DNA of 63,536 bases, the filler included, from Octopus bimaculoides (lineage: Eukaryota), in NCBI RefSeq assembly GCF_001194135.2. It is 7 parts of 7 records of this genome, joined end to end, with 100 filler letters (N's around TTAATTAATTAA, not from the genome) between each part and the next. Parts side by side here need not be neighbours in the genome. Positions count along the whole stretch, not along the records: positions 42,463 to 57,174 come from NC_068983.1; positions 57,275 to 59,740 come from NC_069003.1; positions 59,841 to 61,401 come from NW_026344866.1; positions 61,502 to 63,536 come from NW_026375631.1; 3 more parts are not named here. One strand, written 5' to 3'. Below, one piece after another: positions 49,607-63,536 of the stretch (position 1 is its first letter; every line of letters begins with the position of its first letter). The position numbers and the translations under genes are program-made. The notes below the pieces were generated by a model that searched no databases, was not told where the DNA came from, and worked only from the letters and a program-made list of their open reading frames with translations.

Positions 49607-50273
49607 CTAACAATGAAATAGATATAGAGATGTAACATTAATGGATGTACTAATCTTACAACATAAAGACACTCCTGTAAGGTGATACGCAAACATTTAG
49701 GATTTGCAAGGACACGGTATTCCGTTGTGTAACCATAATATACGTCCATGTATCTGAGACGTTTTTATAGGGCAATGCCGTGTTCTAGTGTGTTGGCAGT
49801 GCTATTACATCACTTCGATTTCATTGTTTGTTTACATCAGGAGTGCCAGATACGAAACATCGCAAAAAAGCAGAGATGGCAATAATTTCAATTGAAACCC
49901 TGTAGTGATAACCTTCACAAGTGATGTCATAGTGCTACTAACAGAGTTGAAAGATATTGGCTAATAAAAAAATTACAATATGCATTAGCATGGACTCTGC
50001 TAATGTGAAATGAAATCGGAACTATAATATACGCATTGACGATGGTTGTGCCAACGGATAAACAGTCAGTCATATAAAATTATAGAGAAATTTGACAAAC
50101 GTTGAAAGGAGAAATTATAGAATATACGGAAATGAAGCTTTATTCAGTATACTTTACACACAAAACAACGTTGCATAAATCTTTCAGTGAACCATAATTG
50201 CCTTTGAATTGATATTTTTTCTTGGTAGATATACAAGTATGTCAATGAAATCAGCTTTGCATACTAACATGCA

Positions 50274-50306
<33 letters not shown>

Positions 50307-50697
50307 GAACAAATTCTTCGAAACCTCTAGATCCTATATCTAGATTATGAATTTAATTTTATACCAATAATATTGGAATATTTCATTTTGTAATTTAATG
50401 TTTAACTGTCATTTCGGATAAATTTCTGCATAAGAAATTAAGCAACTGCTTCGCACATCACAAATACAATCTGTAAGCGGAAAGTAAAAAATATGCAACA
50501 CTTTTCTCAAGTTCGATATGTGACATGGTTTTCGTTATCAACTTTGTTGCGATGGAGCTTTGTATCCTTCTTCAAAGGACGAATTGGAATAACTAAAAAC
50601 GGAATTAATAGTATGCATGCATAAATACGTACACACAAACACAGTCATAAACATGCAGGCGCACAAACACACACATACATACATGCATGCAGACATA

Positions 50698-50802
<105 letters not shown>

Positions 50803-53800
50803 GTCTATCTATCTGTGTNNNNNNNNNNNNNNNNNNNNNNNNNNNNNNNNNNNNNNNNNNNNNNNNNNNNNNNNNNNNNNNNNNNNNNNNNNNNNNNNNN
50901 NNNNNNNNNNNNNNNNNNNNNNNNNNNNNNNNNNNNNNNNNNNNNNNNNNNNNNNNNNNNNNNNNNNNNNNNNNNNNNNNNNNNNNNNNNNNNNNNNNNN
51001 NNNNNNNNNNNNNNNNNNNNNNNNNNNNTACATTAAAAAGAAGTATAATAAGATACAAAGTAAAAATCATAAAATGATAATAATTAAACGACTTAATGAT
51101 TTTTACTTTGTATTTTATTATACTTCTTTATAGTGTATTTACTTATTATTTTTTTTCTGTATTTGACTGGATTTTCATGGATGAGTTCATGAACTTTGAT
51201 TCTTTTCTCTAAATTATATCTTTATATATTATATACTGTGAAACTTAATTTAATTTTAATTTTTGATAAATTGAATTTAATTGAGTTTTTACCTGTAAAT
51301 TTGGAGTTTTATCTCCAATATTATCATTATATATATATAAGGAATGAAAATACTGACAGTCACTTGGAAGTTAGGGACGTTTCGTCCTCGTCAAACACAC
51401 AAAGGCAACCGACAAATCGCTTATATGTTCAGGTCAATTATTCCTGTCATTTTGTATTGTACTGAAATGTATTGTGTGATCCATCAATTAGTATGTTACT
51501 GTTTTGGATGTTGCTATTCATTTATAGCCCTGTGTGTAGGACTGTTTTGTCAGCATTTCTCTTTGTGTGTAGTTGTGTGTATATTTGTATATATCCTTGT
51601 GTACGTTAGTTTGTACAACTATTGAAAGTTAATACACAATTTCAGAAACTGAATATATTTTTGAAATATATGAGCAATTATTAAACTAGTAATTCGAACC
51701 TGTTTTTTCTCTTATTCTAAGTCTATTTAGATTGTGCATGTCACATTAGATGAGAATTTAACCAATGAAATATTACAACAATTTCGTTTTCGTTTTTATT
51801 CAAATCATACATGGAACTTGGCTTATATCCTCCCTGTTCGCTTTCAAATTTATAGTGTTTTAAGCGTTCTCTCTTTAAATTCGAACATTTTCGTAGACTC
51901 AAAAAGCCACACATACACACACACACACGGCATAGAAATGCACACACATTCGTGTTATTATCGTTATTACTGCCAATGATCCATAGTTGAAACAGCCCTA
52001 ATATTTTTCCTTCAATATATAAGAAAAAATCTATTATTATTTTAAAACATTACTTTCATGTATATTTTCTTTTTCCGATGGTAAATATAGCAATTTTGGA
52101 CAAAGGGATCATTTACAAACGTTAGCTGACAAAAATTGTTCTTGCCAATATTTAAAATGTGAAAGCAATTTCAAGGTAAACCCTACAACGATGCCATATA
52201 TCATGAATATCTTCATTTATATCGATGGTGTTATGCAGCAGCCCAATAAATATCCATGCGTTCAAAATGAACGGTGTCATCTGCCAATACCTAGATAATC
52301 CAATACAATTTTAATAACGAATCACGTTTTGTTTCACATACACCTCTGAAATATTTCAATAATTTTCAAAGTATATTTTATTCTTTTGTTTTTCATTTTA
52401 TAATGAATACATACTTCATACTTTCCTAATTGGTTATACTTTCTATAGCAGTAATGCAAAACGACTTGTATAGTCCTTTTTTTTCTCATTGAGTTGCTAA
52501 TGATATATTGCTGGGATTGCAATTATTGTCATAGCTTTCGTTCTTGATAAAATATTTTATGTTGATCAAGTCGTTTTAAAATGTTTTGAACATTACTAGC
52601 TAAAAATAGAGATTTCCTGTTTAAATTTATGTTTTATATTTATGAATCATTCTTTAACACATCCAGATATCCTAATGAGTAACAAGGCAATAAAAATATA
52701 TTTAGCTGTCGAAAATAATGTCTAAAATAACATTGATTTTTTCTTGGAATCTGGAAATCAATTTGCTCTGCTCAATCATAGATTTCTTGCTTACGTAAGA
52801 TTATGAGATGTACAATTATATGATCGTTTGATAATAATGGTGTTTTAACAAGGGGAGAAGCACGCCGGCTTATCTGAGTTAAAAGGCTATGGTGTGCGCG
52901 TGTGTGTGTGTGTGTGTGTGTATGTGTGTGCGTGCGTGTGTGTAATCTCCTTAAGACGTTTGTGCATGAGCAGCCAACGGGTGGAGAAATGTTATTTTAT
53001 GATTTTATAGTGTAGAGTGATCGATGAAATAGAAACAATCACTTGAACGTTTTCAATTTTACCTCCAACAACAGATATAAAAATATTTTCATTTTAAAAG
53101 GGCTTCTGAGTCTGAACACTAAATGGAACGTTGCAAGACCCCTGGAAATTTTATTTTCACTTGATACATTTATAGTAGGTCATTTATACGAGTTAGAGTA
53201 ACTGAAAGAAGATTGACAGGATAAGAAAAGGGTCCTCAAACTTGGTACGCCTTCTATACTCTGATGATGTCTAATTCTGTTCAATTTCGGATATCGTTTC
53301 CTAGAATTGATACTCAAAGTTTAATTACCGTATCAAACGACTCGTTAGATTTCTTGTTGACATACTAAGATTCGACAACTGTACAGCTGTTTAGCTGGAG
53401 CTGATAGTCAGCCGCAGAAATTTACTTTAATGCTAAGAAGATATTTTTCAAAATGTGTTTAGTAGTGTGTTATAAATCGATGCTTAAACACATTTTTTTC
53501 ATAAAGAAGTCATTAAACGACAAAAGTATTTCGTTTGATTTTGTTTTGATATTAATTTACATAAAGATTACATTAACAACTTCAAATATATTTGTATACT
53601 GGAACAAATATTGATTATTTGAATTGAGTATATTCTTGTTTATCTAATGCATTTATGATAATAGCGAATATTACATTACACTGTTATATCATTGTTTAAT
53701 GAAAATACAGTAGAAGTTGATTTGCTGTAGAACTCCCGAGCATAATGTATATAATTTTCTTGAGTAGAACGTTCTATTCTCAGAGCTTCAAGTAAGATTA

Positions 53801-53843
53801 TGAATGATATATTCGATTTGTAGCGTCGAAATTATCCTGTTAG

Positions 53844-53883
<40 letters not shown>

Positions 53884-54920
53884 GCACAAATCTTGTGATG
53901 ATGCAGAAAACTATTAACCAAAGAATGTCATGTACATAATTGATGAGATATGTTGCGATTAATAAATATTGAAAAATTCAAAATGTATGTAGTGTTACTT
54001 TCCATNNNNNNNNNNNNNNNNNNNNNNNNNNNNNNNNNNNNNNNNNNNNNNNNNNNNNNNNNNNNNNNNNNNNNNNNNNNNNNNNNNNNNNNNNNNNNNN
54101 NNNNNNNNNNNNNNNNNNNNNNNNNNNNNNNNNNNNNNNNNNNNNNNNNNNNNNNNNNNNNNNNNNNNNNNNNNNNNNNNNNNNNNNNNNNNNNNNNNNN
54201 NNNNNNNNNNNNNNNNNNNNNNNNNNNNNNNNNNNNNNNNNNNNNNNNNNNNNNNNNNNNNNNNNNNNNNNNNNNNNNNNNNNNNNNNNNNNNNNNNNNN
54301 NNNNNNNNNNNNNNNNNNNNNNNNNNNNNNNNNNNNNNNNNNNNNNNNNNNNNNNNNNNNNNNNNNNNNNNNNNNNNNNNNNNNNNNNNNNNNNNNNNNN
54401 NNNNNNNNNNNNNNNNNNNNNNNNNNNNNNNNNNNNNNNNNNNNNNNNNNNNNNNNNNNNNNNNNNNNNNNNNNNNNNNNNNNNNNNNNNNNNNNNNNNN
54501 NNNNNNNNNNNNNNNNNNNNNNNNNNNNNNNNNNNNNNNNNNNNNNNNNNNNNNNNNNNNNNNNNNNNNNNNNNNNNNNNNNNNNNNNNNNNNNNNNNNN
54601 NNNNNNNNNNNNNNNNNNNNNNNNNNNNNNNNNNNNNNNNNNNNNNNNNNNNNNNNNNNNNNNNNNNNNNNNNNNNNNNNNNNNNNNNNNNNNNNNNNNN
54701 NNNNNNNNNNNNNNNNNNNNNNNNNNNNNNNNNNNNNNNNNNNNNNNNNNNNNNNNNNNNNNNNNNNNNNNNNNNNNNNNNNNNNNNNNNNNNNNNNNNN
54801 NNNNNNNNNNNNNNNNNNNNNNNNNNNNNNNATATATATATATGAAATGTTGATTAGTGCCTAATCTGTGAAACTCTCGTGAAGTCCATGAGACACACCG
54901 TACACACACACCCACACACT

Positions 54921-54953
<33 letters not shown>

Positions 54954-57900
54954 ACACACACACGCGCACTTACATATATATATATATATATATATATATG
55001 CGACTGAGGTGCATCACCCCGTGCTGATGTGCCTCTCCTAGTAACTTGTTAAAAGGTACTTCCGAACTTAATTAGACTTTGATTAGAATACGATTAGCTA
55101 ATTGTCTGTAGCTACCCGCATGGACAAGAAAACATATCGGTTAGCTTGTTAAGAGCTGTACACAATACTTCAGAATGTAAAATAGCCCTGAACTCCTTGA
55201 GAAACCGGATAGTTTGCTAATATTCCTTATGTTAATACTCGGTCTAATTCGTATTCTATTCAACAAAACGTGCCTAATAACGGTACAAATTATGCGCACG
55301 GTAACAATCGGAATGAAAACAGCATTACTACGACTCCCCACAATTTCCACCGGCGCTTCCACTGAAAAGACTACAGGTATGATTAATGAAGGCAGCAGTG
55401 ACACTGGGTGCAGTATATTGAATTATACTCTACATGGAAAATCTAGTACATTATGTAATTGGAAATGTCCATCCTCCTGCATATTAGATTATAAGTGTTA
55501 TATGAACAGCATCATTTATCAATGTGTAGTTATTACGAAACAGGCTACATACCTACAAATAGATGTTATTAGAAATGACTACAAATATAGATTACATAGT
55601 CACAATTTAAATGTTAGCTCTGAAACTAATGCTGGAAGAACATCTTTATCTAAAATAATTTGGAAAGTTTAGCTAAAGTTTCAATTCACTTCAGTAAAAA
55701 ATAGTTGATATACGTACCTACATATATGTACATATACGTGCATGTATAGACATAAGTACATATACGTAAATAATACATATATATACATATATATACATAC
55801 AAAAAAGTTTAGATTCAAAATTGTATGTGGCACTTAAGTTTAGGCACCAGAATATAGTATGGTATTATCCAAATAATTCCAAAAACAAGGTGATGAAAAA
55901 TCAATTAAAAAGCAACACGGATTTTAAAGGTTATTGCAGTACGCACGTTTCATGCTCCTCCATTTTTTTTAAGTAATGCGAGCATTATATTAAATGTAAA
56001 ATGCAGAACAATCTTCAGCTGGACAAGGATACAGAAAATTTACTGAAAATTTCATTTCAGCAGAATAGACATATTACTGTTGTGACAACATTTAAACAAT
56101 CTAAGTGGGAAAGAAGAACACAAAAAAAACATCTTGACATAGCCAAGGCTAGCAGGCTAGTAATTAATTCTAGGTTTCCAGAATTAATGGATGTCTGTTT
56201 AAGTTTCTCCCATATTTATGTTAACTGGGGAAATGCTTTTCTATTAAAACTAGGAATTTTTTTACCAGAAATTCAAGAAGAAATGTCATAGAAATGTCTT
56301 ACATCTATTATATGCTTGGATACTGTTTGGGCCTGAGTCTATGATATCTTCCCTTAAGAGACATTGTCGGACTTGATGATAATAGTATATGGGGCTAACG
56401 TTATGATAATTTACTTAGACAAAGTCATGTTACAATACCAATTCAATCGTTAAGAGACACACATGGCGATGGCAGGACCTTTTGGCAGAAAATAATATTT
56501 TAAATTGGGCGATCAATTACAATATGGAATAACAGAAAATGACTCAGAGCACATGGACTGTGATCCCTTTAAAATACGATTCCAAAATCCCTTTGAGAAA
56601 TCTTTAAATTACTTACACCAGGTATTTGAAACATACAATGTATAGGCATGCGTGTATTCTATACAGTAAAACTTTCTAAATATATCTGCAGAGGCATGGG
56701 CATATGATTGTTTACGAGAACGTATGACGATTTACCTAAATAAAATGCAGAAATTCCCTCTTATTATACAGATTGAGATGTGAACCTACATTTGACATCG
56801 ATGCAGTAAAACAATAAGCGAGTAAGAAATATAGATCACACTTGCTTAGGAAGGAATTTGCACATTCATAAAAATGTGAATTTATTGACAAATAAATATT
56901 TGTGTGAGTATGTATACGGGAGGATATGAGAGAAAGAGAGTGAATGAGATGTATGAGTAGAAATTGTATGCTTCTAACTGTGAGCAAGCGTAAGAATAAA
57001 TATATTTTTCATTCGGTTTAATTTCCTGAAGATCAAAGACATGTAATATATATATGTTTGCGTATGTTTCGTTGAAGTGAATTTGCTCACGCTTACGGAA
57101 ATTTATATACATCCATATGTCTGTGTATATATATATATATATATACATACATACATACATACACGCACACATATNNNNNNNNNNNNNNNNNNNNNNNNNN
57201 NNNNNNNNNNNNNNNNNNTTAATTAATTAANNNNNNNNNNNNNNNNNNNNNNNNNNNNNNNNNNNNNNNNNNNNATATATATATATATATAAATATATAT
57301 AAATATATATATATATACATACATACATACATACATACATATAGATACACATAGAGATATAGATATAAACATACATAGACAAATATACATACACACACAT
57401 ATATAAATAAATGCATACATACATATATATAGAGACACATACACATTTATATACATAAGTGCAGACATATTTATATGTATATGTATATACATACATATAT
57501 ATGTATACATATACATGCATATATGTATATGCTTACACACACACAGACACACACACATATATATATATATAAATTTATTCTTTTTATTACATATATTCAT
57601 ATTTATTATACATTTTATATTCGTTAATATTCTTGTCTTTTTCTACTTTTTTAGTATAATTGCTTTATCCTGGTTACAGGGCCAACACGGCTGTTAGAAG
57701 ATTGTTGAATGAAACGAAACGAAATGAAAAATAAAACATGGCCACAGATGAAGTTTAGAAGGTCAGGGTTTTGATCTTAGCTACATTCCATTAGACCTGC
57801 CAAAACTCATCATGGGGTTTCTGTTTCTAAACCTCAGACAGAATTGAAATCTACGAGTCGGTTTATTTCACGACACACATACACACTAAATGTTTAAAAA

Positions 57901-58861
57901 TTAAAAAATTTTTTTTTTTTTTAAACTGTAAAATTTTCACCTCAATGTTTATTTACTGTATAGAGGTCGCTGCGTTATTTCTTTTCTNNNNNNNNNNNNN
58001 NNNNNNNNNNNNNNNNNNNNNNNNNNNNNNNNNNNNNNNNNNNNNNNNNNNNNNNNNNNNNNNNNNNNNNNNNNNNNNNNNNNNNNNNNNNNNNNNNNNN
58101 NNNNNNNNNNNNNNNNNNNNNNNNNNNNNNNNNNNNNNNNNNNNNNNNNNNNNNNNNNNNNNNNNNNNNNNNNNNNNNNNNNNNNNNNNNNNNNNNNNNN
58201 NNNNNNNNNNNNNNNNNNNNNNNNNNNNNNNNNNNNNNNNNNNNNNNNNNNNNNNNNNNNNNNNNNNNNNNNNNNNNNNNNNNNNNNNNNNNNNNNNNNN
58301 NNNNNNNNNNNNNNNNNNNNNNNNNNNNNNNNNNNNNNNNNNNNNNNNNNNNNNNNNNNNNNNNNNNNNNNNNNNNNNNNNNNNNNNNNNNNNNNNNNNN
58401 NNNNNNNNNNNNNNNNNNNNNNNNNNNNNNNNNNNNNNNNNNNNNNNNNNNNNNNNNNNNNNNNNNNNNNNNNNNNNNNNNNNNNNNNNNNNNNNNNNNN
58501 NNNNNNNNNNNNNNNNNNNNNNNNNNNNNNNNNNNNNNNNNNNNNNNNNNNNNNNNNNNNNNNNNNNNNNNNNNNNNNNNNNNNNNNNNNNNNNNNNNNN
58601 NNNNNNNNNNNNNNNNNNNNNNNNNNNNNNNNNNNNNNNNNNNNNNNNNNNNNNNNNNNNNNNNNNNNNNNNNNNNNNNNNNNNNNNNNNATATATAACA
58701 TACAGAAAATTGCACTACTGGGTACTGCACACATTCTACGCAAAACACTTTCAATACAGTAAACATAAGAGCACCACAGCAAACCACAGCACATACCCAA
58801 GGCGCACAGAGCTGCGCTCGGTAGTGAAGTGAAAGCACGTTATAAAAATAAAACTACTGAA

Positions 58862-58886
58862 CAATAATAATAATAATTATTATTAT

Positions 58887-58919
<33 letters not shown>

Positions 58920-59300
58920 CTGGATGTAGTACCAGGCAGTGGCTCTCATGGCTTCTGATCTTAATTGATTGGAAGTGTTATCATGTACATTGTTTTGACT
59001 TGGTATAAAAAGATGAGCTACAGCAAATATTCTGCTCGATACTACAGATTTTCTTGTTAGTTGTTTGACCTTAACCAGTTGAGCATGTCCCATGGTGGCT
59101 GACGACATGTGCATCTCTAATCACGAGCAGAAGTAGTGGGGGAGCATCATAGCCATGTGTTGAGAGGAATTCTTTGGGGGTTTGAATAATTCACCTTTGG
59201 AAACATAGGTGTTTTGCTCAACATCCTTAAACAAACCTTATTCAGGGACCTTTTGAGCGGGATGGGCTACCCTACCTAAAGAAAATTCTAACTGAACACT
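58862..59300 (-). mobile_element. Retroposon 3' end with (TAA)n tail
   Basis: A mixed-sequence block abuts the TAA/ATT tract at 58862-58917. I recognise it from memory as a common octopus repeat. Confidence 0.5.
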
Positions 59301-59399
59301 CCACAGAAAATCGTACCCTTAATGTAGTTCTCTGAGAGATTCAGCATTATACTGAATGTGACAAGGCTTCCCCTTTGAAATACAGATACTACTCCCTTG

Positions 59400-59740
59400 C
59401 GTGGTGAAGGCACATGGCTCAGTGGTTACAGTATCGGGCTCACAACCATGAGGTAGTGAGTTCCGTTCCTGCATCGGACTGTGTGTTGTGTTCCTGAGGA
59501 AGACACTTTATTTCACGTTGCTCCAGTTCACTCAGCTGTAGAAATGAGTTGCAACGTCTCTGGTGCCAAGCTGTATCGGCCCCTTTGCCTTTCCTTTGGA
59601 TAACATCAGTGACAAAGAGAAGGGAGGCTGGTATGCATGGGCGACTGCTGGTCTTCCATAAACAACCTTGCCTGGACTTGTGACTCGGAGGGGAACTTTC
59701 TAGGTTCAATTCCATGTCATTCATGACCGAAGGGGGTCTT
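59400..59740 (+). mobile_element. tRNA-derived SINE with a conserved central-domain-like core
   Basis: ggcacatggctcagtggttacag (A box), gagttccgttcc (B box-like), tgtgttcctgaggaagacactttatttcacgttgctccagttcactcagctg. Confidence 0.7.
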
Positions 59741-59859
59741 NNNNNNNNNNNNNNNNNNNNNNNNNNNNNNNNNNNNNNNNNNNNTTAATTAATTAANNNN
59801 NNNNNNNNNNNNNNNNNNNNNNNNNNNNNNNNNNNNNNNNGTCTGTGTGTCTTCTACAG

Positions 59860-59996
59860 GGAGACATCGTAAACCTGGAACGTAAGAACGGCAAGACTGA
59901 AGTAATTGTGAGTTCAGGGGTCAGCAGTATCCCCTACACTCTGGACGAGGGCCTCATTGAATTTGCCACAGCCATCGACGACGGGGATCTGAGCAG
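59860..59996 (+). CDS. IFT172: Intraflagellar transport protein 172, internal exon
   Basis: tctacag|[45 protein letters not shown](R)|gtaggt. Matches remembered IFT172 GDVIGLERGGGKTEV...[17 protein letters not shown]. Confidence 0.95.
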
Positions 59997-60043
59997 GTAG
60001 GTGGGGGTTGGGGAAGCGCAATGATGCCATTTGTGTGTATGTA

Positions 60044-60074
<31 letters not shown>

Positions 60075-60115
60075 TTATACATTGATATATCTGTTGTACT
60101 GTCTTCTACTCACAG

Positions 60116-60223
60116 AGCTGTAGAATTCCTGGAGACTCTGGAATTGTCGTCAGAGACCGAAATTATGTGGAAAACGGTGAGCAAATTGGCACTGGAGGAA
60201 CAGCAGCTGAATCTGGCTTGCAG
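60116..60223 (+). CDS. IFT172: IFT172 internal exon
   Basis: ctcacag|[35 protein letters not shown](R)|gtatgg. Matches [27 protein letters not shown], and the phases join. Confidence 0.95.
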
Positions 60224-60769
60224 GTATGGCGGTGGGTTTGAGGTGCTGGTGGTGTGGTGTTGTAATGGAGGTAGTGCTGATATGTTAGTGATGTGTGGTG
60301 GTGGTTGTGGTAGTATTGGTTGCAGTAGTGTCTAATGGTTGTAGTAGTAGTGGTGGTTGTGATTATAGTGGTTGGTGATGGTGGTGGTGGTTGTTGTAGT
60401 AGTAGTGGTGGTGGTGGTAGTGGTTGTTGTAGTAGTAGTGATGGTGGTAGTAGTAGTGGTGATGTTGGTTGTAGTAGTGGTGATGGTGGTTTTAGTAGTG
60501 GTGGTGGTAGTGGTTGTAGTAGTGGTGATGGTGGTAGTAGTGGTAGTGGTAATTGTAGTAGTGGTGGTGCTGGTGGTAGTGGTTGTTGTAGTAGTGGTGA
60601 TGGTGGTAGTAGTGGTGGTGGTAGTGGTTGTAGTAGTGGTGGTAGTAGTGGTTATAGTAATAGTAGTTGTGGTGGTGCTGGTGGTGTGGCCACCCTGTTT
60701 TCTTCTTGTTCAGGCACAATGTACCTAGGGCTACATAATCTAATGTGTCCTTCACCGGGTCAAGGCTGA

Positions 60770-61210
60770 CATGGGACTAAACAGATTTATGACCTGCTGG
60801 ATTGAGCTGGGGTTCCAGCCATGACCATCCCAACAGACATCCAGTCACAATATATCTAGGACTACACTACATAATCTCTCCTTCCTTCTTTACTCCTTAT
60901 TTAACCCTAGGTCAGTCTTGACCCATCAGACCTATGATCAAAGACCAGACTCTCTTGACATGACCATCCAGTGTTATTCATGTCACAGTGTATCCAGGAC
61001 TACATTATAGAATGTTTCCTTCCTCTTTTGTTATTTAGCCTGAGGTCAAGTCAGTTCAATCCAGCAATGACCTTTCATCAAAGACAACCCAGTCATGACC
61101 TTCCCGTTTTTTTAAGATTATCTAAGACTGAATAATCTAACATGATCTGTCGTTATTCGAGACAGTTAGACATAATTTGAAGAAGATTTGGCTGCTTTTT
61201 CTAGCACTGG
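60770..61210 (+). repeat. Three diverged ~130-bp repeat units inside an IFT172 intron
   Basis: Recurring (c)agacctatgatcaaag..ccag.catgaccatcc...atctaggactaca motifs. Related minus-strand pieces lie near 20760 and 23590. Confidence 0.55.
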
Positions 61211-61297
61211 GGTATAGGAGCATATGTGGGTTTTCCTCTCAAATTCGACCGGAACCTGATGCTTTCTTTAAGCACGACCGTTTTCTTATTCTTCCAG

Positions 61298-61382
61298 GTG
61301 TTTCTCTGCCATCCGTGATGTTTCCAAGGTGCAGTTCTTGGAGGATACCATTAAGATTGCCGAAGAAGCTGCAGAAATTCCG
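61298..61382 (+). CDS. IFT172: IFT172 internal exon
   Basis: ttcttccag|CFSAIRDVSKVQFLEDTIKIAEEAAEIP|gtatga. Matches [21 protein letters not shown], and the phase joins. Confidence 0.9.
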
Positions 61383-61501
61383 GTATGATGGCTTTCATAT
61401 ANNNNNNNNNNNNNNNNNNNNNNNNNNNNNNNNNNNNNNNNNNNNTTAATTAATTAANNNNNNNNNNNNNNNNNNNNNNNNNNNNNNNNNNNNNNNNNNN
61501 N

Positions 61502-61548
<47 letters not shown>

Positions 61549-63171
61549 CCATACATACAATAAACATACCGTATTCACATATTCATACGCGCCTACATAG
61601 CCATACATACGCATAACGTCTCTGCCGCTATCTTAAGTAACACACTCTGCGACCAACCAGTCACCACTGCCACCCTCTCCCTCTCTCACTCTCTGTCCCT
61701 CTCTCTCCCTCTCTGTCCCTCTCTCTCCCTCTCTCTAACTTTCTGCCATCTCTATCTATCTTTACCCCCCCTCACTCTCTCACATAAACTCTTACTCACA
61801 TTAAATAGAAGTTTCCCTCTCTCTATCTCTTCCTACCTTTTCCTTATCCTTCTTCTATTTCACCTTTTCTTCTACTCCTCCTCCTTTATCTACTTCTACT
61901 ACTACTCCCTTAATTCTTTCTCTCTCTCCCTCTCCTTTCTCTGTCTTATATATATATATATATATATATATATNNNNNNNNNNNNNNNNNNNNNNNNNNN
62001 NNNNNNNNNNNNNNNNNNNNNNNNNNNNNNNNNNNNNNNNNNNNNNNNNNNNNNNNNNNNNNNNNNNNNNNNNNNNNNNNNNNNNNNNNNNNNNNNNNNN
62101 NNNNNNNNNNNNNNNNNNNNNNNNNNNNNNNNNNNNNNNNNNNNNNNNNNNNNNNNNNNNNNNNNNNNNNNNNNNNNNNNNNNNNNNNNNNNNNNNNNNN
62201 NNNNNNNNNNNNNNNNNNNNNNNNNNNNNNNNNNNNNNNNNNNNNNNNNNNNNNNNNNNNNNNNNNNNNNNNNNNNNNNNNNNNNNNNNNNNNNNNNNNN
62301 NNNNNNNNNNNNNNNNNNNNNNNNNNNNNNNNNNNNNNNNNNNNNNNNNNNNNNNNNNNNNNNNNNNNNNNNNNNNNNNNNNNNNNNNNNNNNNNNNNNN
62401 NNNNNNNNNNNNNNNNNNNNNNNNNNNNNNNNNNNNNNNNNNNNNNNNNNNNNNNNNNNNNNNNNNNNNNNNNNNNNNNNNNNNNNNNNNNNNNNNNNNN
62501 NNNNNNNNNNNNNNNNNNNNNNNNNNNNNNNNNNNNNNNNNNNNNNNNNNNNNNNNNNNNNNNNNNNNNNNNNNNNNNNNNNNNNNNNNNNNNNNNNNNN
62601 NNNNNNNNNNNNNNNNNNNNNNNNNNNNNNNNNNNNNNNNNNNNNNNNNNNNNNNNNNNNNNNNNNNNNNNNNNNNNNNNNNNNNNNNNNNNNNNNNNNN
62701 NNNNNNNNNNNNNNNNNNNNNNNNNNNNNNNNNNNNNNNNNNNNNNNNNNNNNNNNNNNNNNNNNNNNNNNNNNNNNNNNNNNNNNNNNNNNNNNNNACC
62801 ACCACCACCAACACCACCGCCACCACCATCATCAATGTTAAACATACACAGCCACTTACTCCAATGTCTGGTGAACCAGGTGACAAGCGCCATTTTAAAT
62901 GTATAGATATATGTGTGTGTATATATATATATATATATAGATAGATAGATAGATGTATGTATGCTTATGTATGTGTATGTGAGTGACGTGTGTGTATTTG
63001 AATGGATGTCAGTATCTGTAGGTTGTATGCCTGGTTCTATTCTGAATGCGTTTGCATGTTTGTGTGTATGTATGCATGTATGAATATATATATTTATAAA
63101 ATATACGTATGTGTGTATATATAGAGAGAGAGATGCATATATATGTGTGTGTGTGTACGTGTGTATGTGTG

Positions 63172-63536
63172 TAGGCGCATGTTTGGCTGTGTGGTAAGAA
63201 GTTTGCTTCCCAGCGACACGGTTCCGAGTTCAAAATCCCACTGCTTGCCAGCATGGGCAAGTGTGATCTGCTATAGCTTCGGACCCGACAAAAACTGTAT
63301 GAGTGGATTTTGGTAGACGGAAACTGGAAAGAAGTCCGTCATATATGTGTGCGTGTGTGTCTGTCTGTCTGTCTGTCTATCGTTATGTCTGTGCTTGTCA
63401 CCCAGCACCGCTTGATAACCGGTGTTGGTGCGTTCACGTCTCCATAACTTAGCGGTACGGCATAAGGGTTATAAAATAAATATTAGGTTTCAAAAGAAAT
63501 GTACTGGAGTTGCTTTATTCAAAGCGGTGCACCAGT
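63172..63536 (+). mobile_element. SINE family B: head, microsatellite and tail
   Basis: aggcgcatgtttggctgtgtggtaagaagtttgcttccc...gacggaaactggaaagaagtccgtc, then (TG/TCTG)n, then gcttgataaccggtgttggtgcg...ttagcggtacggc. Confidence 0.85.

Noticed and set aside
55141-55672. 152-aa and 87-aa overlapping ORFs
   Set aside because: No recognisable domain, and splice readings exist on both strands with no way to choose between them.
60715-60770. Possible extra IFT172 exon after ttcttgttcag
   Set aside because: Its translation does not match IFT172, and the 60223-61298 junction already gives a continuous protein.

Overview
AT-rich, microsatellite-dense and heavily gapped animal genomic DNA. The repeat families look like octopus/cephalopod ones, but that is recognition from memory, not a database result. 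Most long ORFs in the track are artefacts of N-gaps or microsatellites. The only host gene I can name is IFT172: three spliced + strand exons at 59860-61382. A few other splice-bounded, single-open-frame segments may be exons of unidentified genes. Mobile DNA dominates. It includes a Merlin/IS1595-like transposon with ~130-bp TIRs that holds two oppositely oriented transposase remnants, an internally deleted Tc1 element, and mariner- and piggyBac-type MITEs. It also includes two R4/Dong-type non-LTR retrotransposon relics, a Penelope-like GIY-YIG relic and several tRNA-derived SINE families (labelled A-D here). The most notable signal is a set of hammerhead-ribozyme-like motifs in Penelope-type repeats from several sequence families. 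Two of those families carry recurrent non-canonical cores (CCGAYGA, CUGUKGA). Six identical 44N-TTAATTAATTAA-44N spacers are artificial joins, so continuity across them is uncertain. SINE and other repeat boundaries are approximate.
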